Source: a virus (Duplodnaviria > Heunggongvirae > Uroviricota > Caudoviricetes). From it: a stretch of 14,950 nucleotides of DNA. The notes beneath the pieces were generated by a model, which did not search any database, was not told the DNA's origin, and worked only from the letters and a program-made list of their open reading frames with translations. How positions within the stretch are numbered: position 1 is the stretch's first letter; every line of letters starts with the position of its first letter. The stretch lies in IMG/VR virus record IMGVR_UViG_2630968558_000006. One strand, given 5' to 3'. The position numbers and the translations under genes were made by a program. Of this stretch, positions 1-6,702 are shown piece after piece.

Positions 1-60
1 ATGATGGACATTATTTTTGTAGAGCCGGAGGAAACAGACCAGACGGTTTAAATGAGCCGG

Positions 61-297
61 TTACGAAAAGCCTGCTTTTATTCCGATCTCTTTCAGTGCC
101 TGTAATGAAGTGACAAACTCACCTTCGCGCAAGATAAATCCGTCTGTCACTCGACCATCCACAAAATTAATTAACGCAGCCCCATTCTTTCGCAAACACA
201 TAATGCGGTAATGACTAACAAGATTTCCATTTTCAACGCACACAGCATAGAGGCCATCTTCACAAAAAATTTTACGCAGTTCTTCGATGTTCATCAT
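61..297 (-). CDS. Small hypothetical prophage protein (78 aa), occupying the position of rem next to hokD in K-12 Qin
   Basis: ATG-ATG start at 297/294 with GGAAGGA Shine-Dalgarno about 7 nt upstream; protein-like composition. Product not recognised from sequence; the Rem assignment is positional only. Confidence 0.55.
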   Translation of the reverse strand: MMNIEELRKIFCEDGLYAVCVENGNLVSHYRIMCLRKNGAALINFVDGRVTDGFILREGEFVTSLQALKEIGIKAGFS

Positions 298-411
298 CAG
301 AATCCTTCCGGATAATTAGCTCTCCCCTTTAAGGGACCATCCCTCTTATCCCTGCGCGCTACTTAAGTATTTTTGATTCTATTCCGGCACCGTCCAGAAC
401 TTCAAACGCGT

Positions 412-443
412 TGAAAATAAAAACAAAAACCCGCCGAAGCGGG
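412..443 (-). terminator. Rho-independent terminator on the minus strand, downstream of hokD
   Basis: Stem CCCGC(430-434) / GCGGG(439-443) with loop CGAA; on the minus strand it is followed by a TTTTTGTTTTTATTTT run (429 down to 412). Confidence 0.7.
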
Positions 444-513
444 TTAAGTGCGGGTGCGTTGAGGATGCCTGCCACATCAGAGGTGGCGAGGGATTTCTCC
501 CTCGCCGGGTCTC

Positions 514-669
514 TTACTCCTCAGGTTCGTAAGCTGTGAAGACAGCGACCTCCGTCTGGCCGGTTCGGATTCGTACCTCGCAGAGGTCTTTCCTCGTTAC
601 CAGTGCCGTCACTATGACGGTTAAACAGATGACGATCAGGGCGATTAACATCGCCTTTTGCTGCTTCAT
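514..669 (-). CDS. hokD: Hok-family membrane toxin HokD/RelF (51 aa)
   Basis: Translation MKQQKAMLIALIVICLTVIVTALVTRKDLCEVRIRTGQTEVAVFTAYEPEE matches my recall of K-12 HokD; AAGGAG Shine-Dalgarno before the ATG at 669. The track ORF 514..726 is an in-frame upstream extension, not the real start. Confidence 0.85.
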   Translation of the reverse strand: MKQQKAMLIALIVICLTVIVTALVTRKDLCEVRIRTGQTEVAVFTAYEPEE

Positions 670-1166
670 AGCCTGCTTCTCCTTGCCTTTCGGCACGTAA
701 GAGGCTAACCTACATGTGTCTAGCATGAAATTGGCCTCAGATTAATGTTAAGCGTCTTGCAGGACGCGTAATGTTAACTGGGGCTTTTCTCTATCTGCCG
801 TTGGTGTTCATGCCCGAGGCAGATAGCCTCAAGCACCCGCAGCCATTCTACTTAACTACCGTTACCTCGCCAATATGAAATCAATCAGAAAGGTGATCCA
901 TAAGAACAATAACAAGACAATAAATTGCCATTACAGCCACAATAGCCAGCGTGCATTTGAGAACCAGCACATAAATCTCCTGCTCTTGACGTATACAGGC
1001 ACTGATAAATATGTGTCTTCGTGCTCGTTACTTCAATACGTAAGCGTCAGTTGCGCGTAATCAAATCAGACAACCGACTTTAAACCAGGGACAAACAGCA
1101 GGTAAAATAATCAAACGTTATTTTAAGCCATATCATGGCTGCAAGATTTCCTCTAATTTCAACAAG

Positions 1167-1203
1167 ATGAGCAGGTCATTGCTTGCACTGATGACCTGCT
1201 CAT
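1167..1203. repeat. Perfect 13-bp inverted repeat ATGAGCAGGTCAT / ATGACCTGCTCAT with 11-nt spacer
   Basis: Read directly from sequence (1167-1179 and 1191-1203); lies about 80 nt downstream of the QueH-like gene stop on the minus strand; no clean U-run on either strand. Confidence 0.5.
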
Positions 1204-1281
1204 TAATCATGATTATTTGAAAATTAAGGTAGGCGTACTATATATAGAAACACTGCTACGCTCCGTTGGCATAATATAAAA

Positions 1282-1968
1282 TCATTCCTGTCCTTCTTTA
1301 CCGTAGTGCAGTTGACCAATTTTGATTAGAGGGCGTCCCTGAGATTTGCGGTGTAGATTGGTATCGCGCAGTGAATACACGCAGCCACAATATTCCTGCT
1401 GATAGAATTGTTCGCGCTTGCTGATTTCAATCATGCGGGAAGAGCCGCCCTGTTTTCGCCAGTTATAATCCCAGTACACCATGCCCGGATAATGCGCGAC
1501 GGCTCGCCGTCCACAGTCGTTAACCTGCTGCATATTTTTCCAGCGTGAAATGCCCAGTGAGCTACTGATCACACTGAAACCATTTTCAGCGGCATACAGT
1601 GCAGTCCGCTCAAAACGCATGTCAAAACACATGGTACAACGGATCCCTCGTTCAGGCTCCCATTCCATTCCTTTGGCTCGCTCAAACCAGTTGTCTGTGT
1701 CGTAATCAGCATCAATAAATGGCACGCCGTGTTGTTTAGCAAAGCGAATATTCTCATCCTTACGAATTAAATACTCTTTCTGAGGATGAATGTTCGGGTT
1801 GTAGAAAAAGATGGTGTAGTCGATTCCCGAGGCCTGAAGCGCCTCCATCACTTCACCGGAACATGGAGCACAGCAAGAGTGCAGTAATAGTTTTTTTGCC
1901 CCGTTTGGGAGCTCCAATTTGGGGCGTTTGAAATCAGCAACAGTCATAAATGTGTTTATGAGGTTCAT
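1282..1968 (-). CDS. QueH/DUF208-like protein (putative epoxyqueuosine reductase homolog). Start uncertain: ATG at 1968 or 1947; the track ORF extends to a GTG at 2061.
   Basis: Motifs [18 protein letters not shown] (CxxC) and [10 protein letters not shown], which I recall as the cysteine signature of the DUF208/QueH family. No strong Shine-Dalgarno at any candidate start. Confidence 0.6.
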   Translation of the reverse strand: MNLINTFMTVADFKRPKLELPNGAKKLLLHSCCAPCSGEVMEALQASGIDYTIFFYNPNIHPQKEYLIRKDENIRFAKQHGVPFIDADYDTDNWFERAKGMEWEPERGIRCTMCFDMRFERTALYAAENGFSVISSSLGISRWKNMQQVNDCGRRAVAHYPGMVYWDYNWRKQGGSSRMIEISKREQFYQQEYCGCVYSLRDTNLHRKSQGRPLIKIGQLHYGKEGQE

Positions 1969-2000
1969 GAAAATAGCAAAAAGTGTAGCATCAGAACGGG

Positions 2001-2207
2001 CTATCGGAAACAGATGTCTAAATCTGGTAATGTCTGCTTTTGATGCAAAGCAGACAACCACGGCAGCGCACGAAAATCAGCGATAATGTCGGGATTAATA
2101 ATCGGGTGACGTCCATCACATAGCGAATGTTCCTCTTTCCTGATATCGCTAAATATCGACCATTCGTCATTCTTATCGAACCAGAGCATGCGACTGCCAC
2201 AGCACAT
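2001..2207 (-). CDS. Possible small hypothetical protein (68 aa from ATG 2207; the track ORF runs from GTG 2303 and would overlap the upstream gene)
   Basis: Fills the 262-nt gap between the 140-aa gene and the QueH-like gene; contains [15 protein letters not shown]. No convincing ribosome-binding site, so this is weakly supported. Confidence 0.3.
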   Translation of the reverse strand: MCCGSRMLWFDKNDEWSIFSDIRKEEHSLCDGRHPIINPDIIADFRALPWLSALHQKQTLPDLDICFR

Positions 2208-2230
2208 GTCGAGAATGGTAGCCGATGTAC

Positions 2231-2653
2231 TCACAGCATCACCTCCCGATAATTCCCCTGATAAAACGTCAGAACACGCTGCATAACTTCGCTCTTCCGG
2301 CACTCGCGACAGATTATGTTTAGACGACTGTCGTAGCGGCGTATTTCTCCGTCAGGTAATGACCAGATAAGGTCCGGATCAACCACAGCAGGTTTCTTCA
2401 CCTTTGCCCTCGAGAGTTTTTTGCGGGCGTTTTGCCAGTCCTTACGCGCCTGTTCAGACGGGAATAACCCGTAGCCGGAGTTGTATACATCGCCACTGGC
2501 TACCAGCTCTCTGGCAAGAACGCTCATCAGATATCTAGTCGCACCTGTTTTAGCTTCCAGTTGCCGTAACGTCTCACGACCGCTCTGGCGCACGAGTTCC
2601 ACCACCTGCCCTTTAATTTTTTCCCGCTCTTCTTGTGTAAAAACTTTTGCCAC
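2231..2653 (-). CDS. Hypothetical phage protein (140 aa) directly downstream of the replication initiator
   Basis: GTG start at 2653 preceded by a strong AAGGGGGA Shine-Dalgarno; basic, with a CxxC element (ICRECRK). Function not recognised. Confidence 0.6.
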   Translation of the reverse strand: MAKVFTQEEREKIKGQVVELVRQSGRETLRQLEAKTGATRYLMSVLARELVASGDVYNSGYGLFPSEQARKDWQNARKKLSRAKVKKPAVVDPDLIWSLPDGEIRRYDSRLNIICRECRKSEVMQRVLTFYQGNYREVML

Positions 2654-2693
2654 AAGTCCCCCTTAAAATTACCTCATGACCTGAAATCAACAC

Positions 2694-3659
2694 TTATCCT
2701 CTGAAACCAGGCGGAATTTCTGTATCCGGTTCAGAAATATGATTAACACAACGCTGTACAGGTGAACGTCCCAGGCGGATGACCAGTTCGTCCCATTTTT
2801 CGCGGAGCTTTGACGGGCTCATGATGTTTTTTACCCAGAATGGATCTCGCTGAACCCGACCAAACATTTCGCAAATTTGTCTGTGGCTTCTGCCATCCAG
2901 CATCCGCATTGTGCGCACGTCATTGGCCCAGGCAGTCCAGTTAGGCTCTTTTGGTCGCATGATCTCGCCATCATCACTGGCTGCCTGTTCGTAGAGACCC
3001 ACGATCCGCCCCCAGATCCACTGCGCACACGCCAAATCCTCCCTGCTACCCCACTGGCGTTTTTTCGCACTAAACACAACCGCGTCGGAGTTCCGGGTTA
3101 AAAAATCCTGTTCAGTCGTCTGCGGGTCCGGTTGCGAAGCTTCCGGACGAAAAGTGTTTTTATTCTCTGTAGTAATCTCTGTTGTATTCTCTGTAAGATC
3201 ATCAGGCCATTTTGACCCGATGACATTGGGTCGTTTTGAACCAATGGAGCGTTTCATTTTGACCTCTTCCATCGTATCATTTAGACCTGATGGAGCAGCG
3301 CATTTTGAACCGATGGATACGCTCAATTTACCACCATCTAAAAGCTCGCACCCATAGTTGATCGTGTAGAAATTGGTCATGTCGCGCTTTGATTTATTGA
3401 GCTTTTCGCAACGCAAAAGCCCCAGCGTTTTCAGACTTGCAAACGCGCGCTTTAACGTTGACTCTGACCAGAATGGGAACTGTTCCAGCCATTGTTCCGT
3501 TGTGTTATAAATCCAGCGGACACCATCACATTCCATACCGGAATTAGTATCTCTCAACCAGTAATGCAACTGCTGCAACACAATGGCCTCGTTTAAGCCA
3601 ATCTTCATCGCAAGCTGTGTGTTTATAACCAGTGGGCGTTCAGCAAAAAGAAGACTCAT
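2694..3659 (-). CDS. Phage replication initiator, O-like (about 321 aa from ATG 3659; the track ORF begins at an upstream TTG 3713)
   Basis: Sits downstream of the Cro-like dicC and a cII-position ORF; carries an internal direct-repeat (iteron-like) array at 3209-3317 encoded as repeated IGSK peptides. The ATG at 3659 overlaps the end of the upstream ORF (translational coupling). Confidence 0.6.
   Translation of the reverse strand: MSLLFAERPLVINTQLAMKIGLNEAIVLQQLHYWLRDTNSGMECDGVRWIYNTTEQWLEQFPFWSESTLKRAFASLKTLGLLRCEKLNKSKRDMTNFYTINYGCELLDGGKLSVSIGSKCAAPSGLNDTMEEVKMKRSIGSKRPNVIGSKWPDDLTENTTEITTENKNTFRPEASQPDPQTTEQDFLTRNSDAVVFSAKKRQWGSREDLACAQWIWGRIVGLYEQAASDDGEIMRPKEPNWTAWANDVRTMRMLDGRSHRQICEMFGRVQRDPFWVKNIMSPSKLREKWDELVIRLGRSPVQRCVNHISEPDTEIPPGFRG
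3209..3317. repeat. Iteron-like array: five about 23-bp direct repeats, consensus CATTTTGA(A)CC-GATGG, starting at 3209, 3233, 3256, 3279 and 3302
   Basis: Direct reading of the sequence; regular 23-24 bp spacing; the third unit is degenerate in its right half. Preceded by three TCTCTGT-containing repeats at 3163-3198. Confidence 0.6.
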
Positions 3660-4161
3660 AATTCCATCCAGCTTTTTGTTGGTATTGCTGTCGATACGCA
3701 AGCTTGAAAGCAATTGCTTTTTCTATAAGTTCGTCAGTTTCACGATCCACTACGGCAGGATCAGCAAAAAGCAGTCCGGACTCCACCACATCGCCATATT
3801 CTTTGTTTAACCCGGCGATCATATACGTGATGCTTTTTCCGTCACTAATTTCACGATATAACCTGAAATCATTAATCCGGATAGCCTCCATAATTGCAGG
3901 CACTAGCGCCATGAACTTTTCACGCTTATCCCTGGTGTCGATAGCCTTCCAGCGTTCGAATATCTTCACTCGATTAACGCCAAGCGCTCGCTGATCAACC
4001 GCGCCACCTTCATCTGTGACACGCTTAACATCGATGTTCGGGCGCTCTTTCAAAGCCCAGAATGCTTCAGTGATTAATATCGTCGCCTGCTCCTGTGTCA
4101 TTCCTGGTCGACATATCCAGGCATCCAGAGCCTCACGAGCCTGTTCAGGAGTGATTTTCAT
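3640..4161 (-). CDS. Hypothetical phage early protein (173 aa) in the cII-equivalent position
   Basis: ATG at 4161 overlapping the dicC stop by 17 nt; protein-like sequence. Function not recognised. Confidence 0.55.
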   Translation of the reverse strand: MKITPEQAREALDAWICRPGMTQEQATILITEAFWALKERPNIDVKRVTDEGGAVDQRALGVNRVKIFERWKAIDTRDKREKFMALVPAIMEAIRINDFRLYREISDGKSITYMIAGLNKEYGDVVESGLLFADPAVVDRETDELIEKAIAFKLAYRQQYQQKAGWNYESSFC

Positions 4162-4375
4162 TGTTCAACCGCCCCGCCCGCTTCGTCTTACGATATTCGT
4201 CATAAACTTTGGGGTCATACTGAAGCTCCCCGCCAGATGCCTCCTGTAGACGCATCGCGCGACCTTCGGGAACTAAATCCCCTTTCCAGCTATAAAGCGA
4301 AGCCAAACGAATACCAGCTGCTTGTGCAAGTTTTGTTTTTGAACCGAAATACAAAAGAGCGTCAGTTTTAAGCAT
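4145..4375 (-). CDS. dicC: DicC, Cro-like regulator (76 aa)
   Basis: Translation MLKTDALLYFGSKTKLAQAAGIRLASLYSWKGDLVPEGRAMRLQEASGGELQYDPKVYDEYRKTKRAGRLNNENHS matches my recall of K-12 DicC; AAGGTG Shine-Dalgarno; divergent from dicA. Confidence 0.9.
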   Translation of the reverse strand: MLKTDALLYFGSKTKLAQAAGIRLASLYSWKGDLVPEGRAMRLQEASGGELQYDPKVYDEYRKTKRAGRLNNENHS

Positions 4376-4458
4376 TTAAAACACCTTGATTGTTAGTTAT
4401 AACTAACAAAATAGATGTTAACAAAAACATAGTCAATACGATTTAGCATTAGCTAACT
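4376..4458. promoter_or_regulatory. Divergent dicC/dicA promoter-operator region with a 20-bp perfect palindrome TTGTTAGTTATAACTAACAA (4390-4409)
   Basis: Palindrome verified by reverse-complementing; additional ATGTT/AACAT inverted arms at 4414-4429 and a TTAGCTAA palindrome just before the dicA ATG. No canonical Shine-Dalgarno precedes dicA. Confidence 0.6.
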
Positions 4459-4866
4459 ATGGATACAAAAAATTTAACTATCGGCGAACGCATTAGGTAT
4501 CGTCGGAAAAACCTCAAACACACCCAAAGGTCTCTTGCTAAAGCCCTGAAAATCTCCCATGTGTCTGTATCACAATGGGAACGGGATGATAGTGAACCTA
4601 CAGGGAAGAACCTTTTTGCCCTCAGCAAAGTATTGCAATGCTCACCAACATGGATTCTATTTGGCGATGAAGACAAGCAACCAACACCACCTGTTGAGAA
4701 GCCAGTTGCCTTATCTCCCAAAGAACTAGAGCTCCTTGAGCTGTTTAATGCACTGCCAGAATCAGAACAGGATACCCAGCTCGCCGAAATGCGAGCTCGA
4801 GTAAAAAACTTCAATAAACTCTTTGAAGAATTACTAAAAGCCCGTCAGCGGACAAATAAAAGATAA
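4459..4866 (+). CDS. dicA: DicA, C2/cI-like HTH repressor (135 aa)
   Basis: Translation MDTKNLTIGERIRYRRKNLKHTQRSLAKALKISHVSVSQWERDDSEPTGKNL... matches my recall of K-12 DicA almost throughout. Confidence 0.9.
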   Translation: MDTKNLTIGERIRYRRKNLKHTQRSLAKALKISHVSVSQWERDDSEPTGKNLFALSKVLQCSPTWILFGDEDKQPTPPVEKPVALSPKELELLELFNALPESEQDTQLAEMRARVKNFNKLFEELLKARQRTNKR

Positions 4867-4900
4867 CATCATCAATGAGTTATCTTTTACTACATTAATT

Positions 4901-4955
4901 ATGTTAGTCATAACATACAAAATCACTTGACCAATATGTTAGTCATAGCTAATCT
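4901..4955 (+). promoter_or_regulatory. Putative dicB-operon promoter with operator repeats: ATGTTAGTCATAACAT (4901-4916) and ATGTTAGTCATAGCTAA (4936-4952); -35 TTGACC (4927-4932) and -10 TAATCT (4950-4955) with a 17-nt spacer
   Basis: Hexamers and repeats read from the sequence; the repeats share TGTTAGT with the dicA/dicC palindrome; location matches the DicA-repressed dicB promoter recalled for K-12. Confidence 0.5.
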
Positions 4956-5032
4956 TGTTTGCATCAACACACCGCACGGTGTTCTCAGCAAACAGTTCCG
5001 CTACCCCGGCGTTAAGGGGAAATGAGGTCAGC

Positions 5033-5185
5033 ATGGATACTATCGATCTTGGCAACAGCGAATCTCTGGTATGTGGCGTGTTCCCCAACCAGGACGGTAC
5101 GTTCACCGCGATGACATATACCAAAAGCAAAACGTTTAAAACCGAATCTGGCGCGCGTTGCTGGTTAGCCAGAAACACTGACTGA
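5033..5185 (+). CDS. ydfA: YdfA-like small protein (50 aa), first gene of the dicBF operon
   Basis: ATG at 5033 with GAGG Shine-Dalgarno 5 nt upstream; MDTIDLGN... resembles my recollection of K-12 YdfA. The track ORF start at 4955 lies inside the promoter region and is rejected. Confidence 0.7.
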   Translation: MDTIDLGNSESLVCGVFPNQDGTFTAMTYTKSKTFKTESGARCWLARNTD

Positions 5186-5196
5186 TGAGGCTGACG

Positions 5197-5466
5197 ATGG
5201 AATTTAAAGATTTACCGTCTGATGTACAGAAAACAGCAGCTCATACATTGCATTCTGTGCTGCGAGAAATCGGGAAAGATATTGCAAGCGAGCCAGCAAA
5301 AGATCTGGCCCGGAAAATCAAGACCGCTTTCGTTGAGCTTTATAATGTTGGCACTGACTCTGAAACTGTCGAGACCAAGAGCGTAAGTTCACCAATATTC
5401 TCACTTGAGCCAGGCGTATTATCAGGTGAAATATCACCGAGATTTCCAGCGAACTGCTTCCGGTAA
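5197..5466 (+). CDS. YdfB-like protein (89 aa; the N-terminus MEFKDLPSDVQK resembles K-12 YdfB, but this gene is longer)
   Basis: ATG at 5197 with GAGG 6 nt upstream; an alternative ATG at 5185 overlaps the ydfA stop (TGATG). Confidence 0.6.
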   Translation: MEFKDLPSDVQKTAAHTLHSVLREIGKDIASEPAKDLARKIKTAFVELYNVGTDSETVETKSVSSPIFSLEPGVLSGEISPRFPANCFR

Positions 5467-5529
5467 TACGAGAAGCAATTTGCCGTCGCGGTTTGGATGG
5501 AAGTTACGATCATGACGTCCTGCAAGTTC

Positions 5530-5730
5530 TCAGGACAATGGTGACTTCACTGGGGATTTGATCCCTGCGTCCTCTAACCTTTTGATATAGCGGTCCTCCA
5601 AGAAGCGGTAAATTTTGTCGAAATCATCTTTCCCCTCTGGTTTATTCAGAGGATTACAGGACCCGTAAGTAGCGGCATACATTTCAACCGTTTTATCAAA
5701 AATATAAGAGACAAATTCTTCTTTAGTCAT
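5530..5730 (-). CDS. Hypothetical small protein (66 aa) oriented against the dicBF operon
   Basis: ATG at 5730 with GAAGGAAA Shine-Dalgarno about 8 nt upstream; protein-like charged sequence; locally AT-rich; no competing plus-strand ORF longer than about 15 codons in 5467-5740. Confidence 0.45.
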   Translation of the reverse strand: MTKEEFVSYIFDKTVEMYAATYGSCNPLNKPEGKDDFDKIYRFLEDRYIKRLEDAGIKSPVKSPLS

Positions 5731-6005
5731 ATAGATTTCCTTCTTGGTTATTCGGGATAAGAAGGATACCACCTCGCCTGACGTGGTTAAAAGCAGGCAC
5801 ACAACACGAAAGCGCACGGCGAAGTTCGTCTCACTGTACGGTGTCGTTAAATTTAATTCGACCGTGCGCTTCCGGTTGTGGCAACCCGCGAAATGGCGCG
5901 GCGGTAAGTATGGCGGGGTTATTCCTTCCCCGTTGAGGACACCGAGTTGTCAGGTTGACCATACGCTTAAGTGACAACCCCGCTGCAACGCCCTCTGTTA
6001 TCAAT

Positions 6006-6063
6006 TTTCTGGTGACGTTTGGCGGTATCAGTTTTACTCCGTGACTGCTCTGCCGCCGTTTTT
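6006..6063 (+). ncRNA. dicF: DicF small regulatory RNA (about 53 nt plus terminator U-run)
   Basis: TTTCTGGTGACGTTTGGCGGTATCAGTTTTACTCCGTGACTGCTCTGCCGCCG followed by TTTTT matches my recall of K-12 DicF (possibly one 3'-terminal difference); located between the ydfB-like gene and dicB as in K-12. Confidence 0.85.
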
Positions 6064-6232
6064 AAAGTGAATTTTGTGATGCGGTGAATGCGGCTAAGCG
6101 CACGCGGAACAGTTAAAACCAAAAACAGTGTTATGGGTGGATTCTCTGTATCCGGCGTTAATTGTTAACTGGTTAACGTCACCTGGAGGCACCAGGCACT
6201 GCATCACAAAATTCATTGTTGAGGACGCGATA

Positions 6233-6421
6233 ATGAAAACGTTATTACCAAACGTTAATACGTCTGAAGGTTGTTTTGAAATTGGTGTCACTATCAGTAA
6301 CCCTGTATTTACTGAAGATGCCATTAACAAGAGAAAACAAGAACGGGAGCTATTAAATAAAATATGCATTGTTTCAATGCTGGCTCGTTTACGTCTGATG
6401 CCAAAAGGATGTGCACAATGA
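6233..6421 (+). CDS. dicB: DicB cell-division inhibitor (62 aa)
   Basis: Translation MKTLLPNVNTSEGCFEIGVTISNPVFTEDAINKRKQERELLNKICIVSMLARLRLMPKGCAQ matches my recall of K-12 DicB; GAGGA Shine-Dalgarno 7 nt upstream. The track ORF from 6128 is a 5' over-extension. Confidence 0.9.
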   Translation: MKTLLPNVNTSEGCFEIGVTISNPVFTEDAINKRKQERELLNKICIVSMLARLRLMPKGCAQ

Positions 6422-6609
6422 ATTCAGCATTTGCGCTTGTTCTGACAGTTTTTCTTGTTTCCGGAGAGCCAGTTGATATTGCAGTCAGTGTTCACAGGAC
6501 AATGCAGGAGTGTATGACTGCAGCAACCGAACAGAAAATTCCCGGTAACTGTTACCCGGTCGATAAAGTTATTCACCTGGATAATATCGAAATCCCGGCA
6601 GGTCTTTAA
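6418..6609 (+). CDS. ydfD: YdfD (63 aa), small Qin prophage protein reported as a lysis protein
   Basis: MNSAFALVLTVFLVSGEPVDIAVSVHRTMQECMTAATEQKIPGNCYPVDKVIHLDNIEIPAGL; ATGA start/stop overlap with dicB (translational coupling). Confidence 0.8.
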   Translation: MNSAFALVLTVFLVSGEPVDIAVSVHRTMQECMTAATEQKIPGNCYPVDKVIHLDNIEIPAGL

Positions 6610-6702
6610 AACAGTTCCGTAATAAATATCCGGTTTCATTCTTATATGCCAGCAATGGCAGGGATTTGTTCATCCTTAAATCTGTCATGAGGTTAAAACA
6701 AA

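Noticed and set aside
1-51. Short plus-strand frame at the window start (MMDIIFVEPEETDQTV, stop at 49-51)
   Set aside because: Could be the C-terminus of a gene truncated by the window edge, but there is too little sequence to support any call.
514-726. Track ORF extending hokD upstream to 70 aa
   Set aside because: The real Hok start is the ATG at 669 with an AAGGAG ribosome-binding site; the extension is in frame, so it is not a mok-type overlapping frame, and it has no ribosome-binding site of its own.
875-1060. Track ORF of 61 aa on the plus strand in the hokD leader region
   Set aside because: No Shine-Dalgarno site, low-complexity N/K-rich translation, and it lies in AT-rich regulatory DNA; most likely non-coding.
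3209-3317. Possibility that the direct repeats are a CRISPR array
   Set aside because: The units are imperfect and about 23 bp with no unique spacers, they lie inside a coding sequence, and there are no cas genes; iterons are the better explanation.
4955-5185. Track ORF extending ydfA upstream to 76 aa
   Set aside because: Its start falls within the putative dicB promoter (-10 region); the internal ATG at 5033 has a good ribosome-binding site and gives the expected product of about 50 aa.
5744-5974. Plus-strand 76-aa ORF upstream of DicF
   Set aside because: It starts with TTG, has no ribosome-binding site and gives an Arg-rich translation; it may instead be structured DicF precursor RNA. 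Kept as an alternative in case K-12 ydfC maps here.
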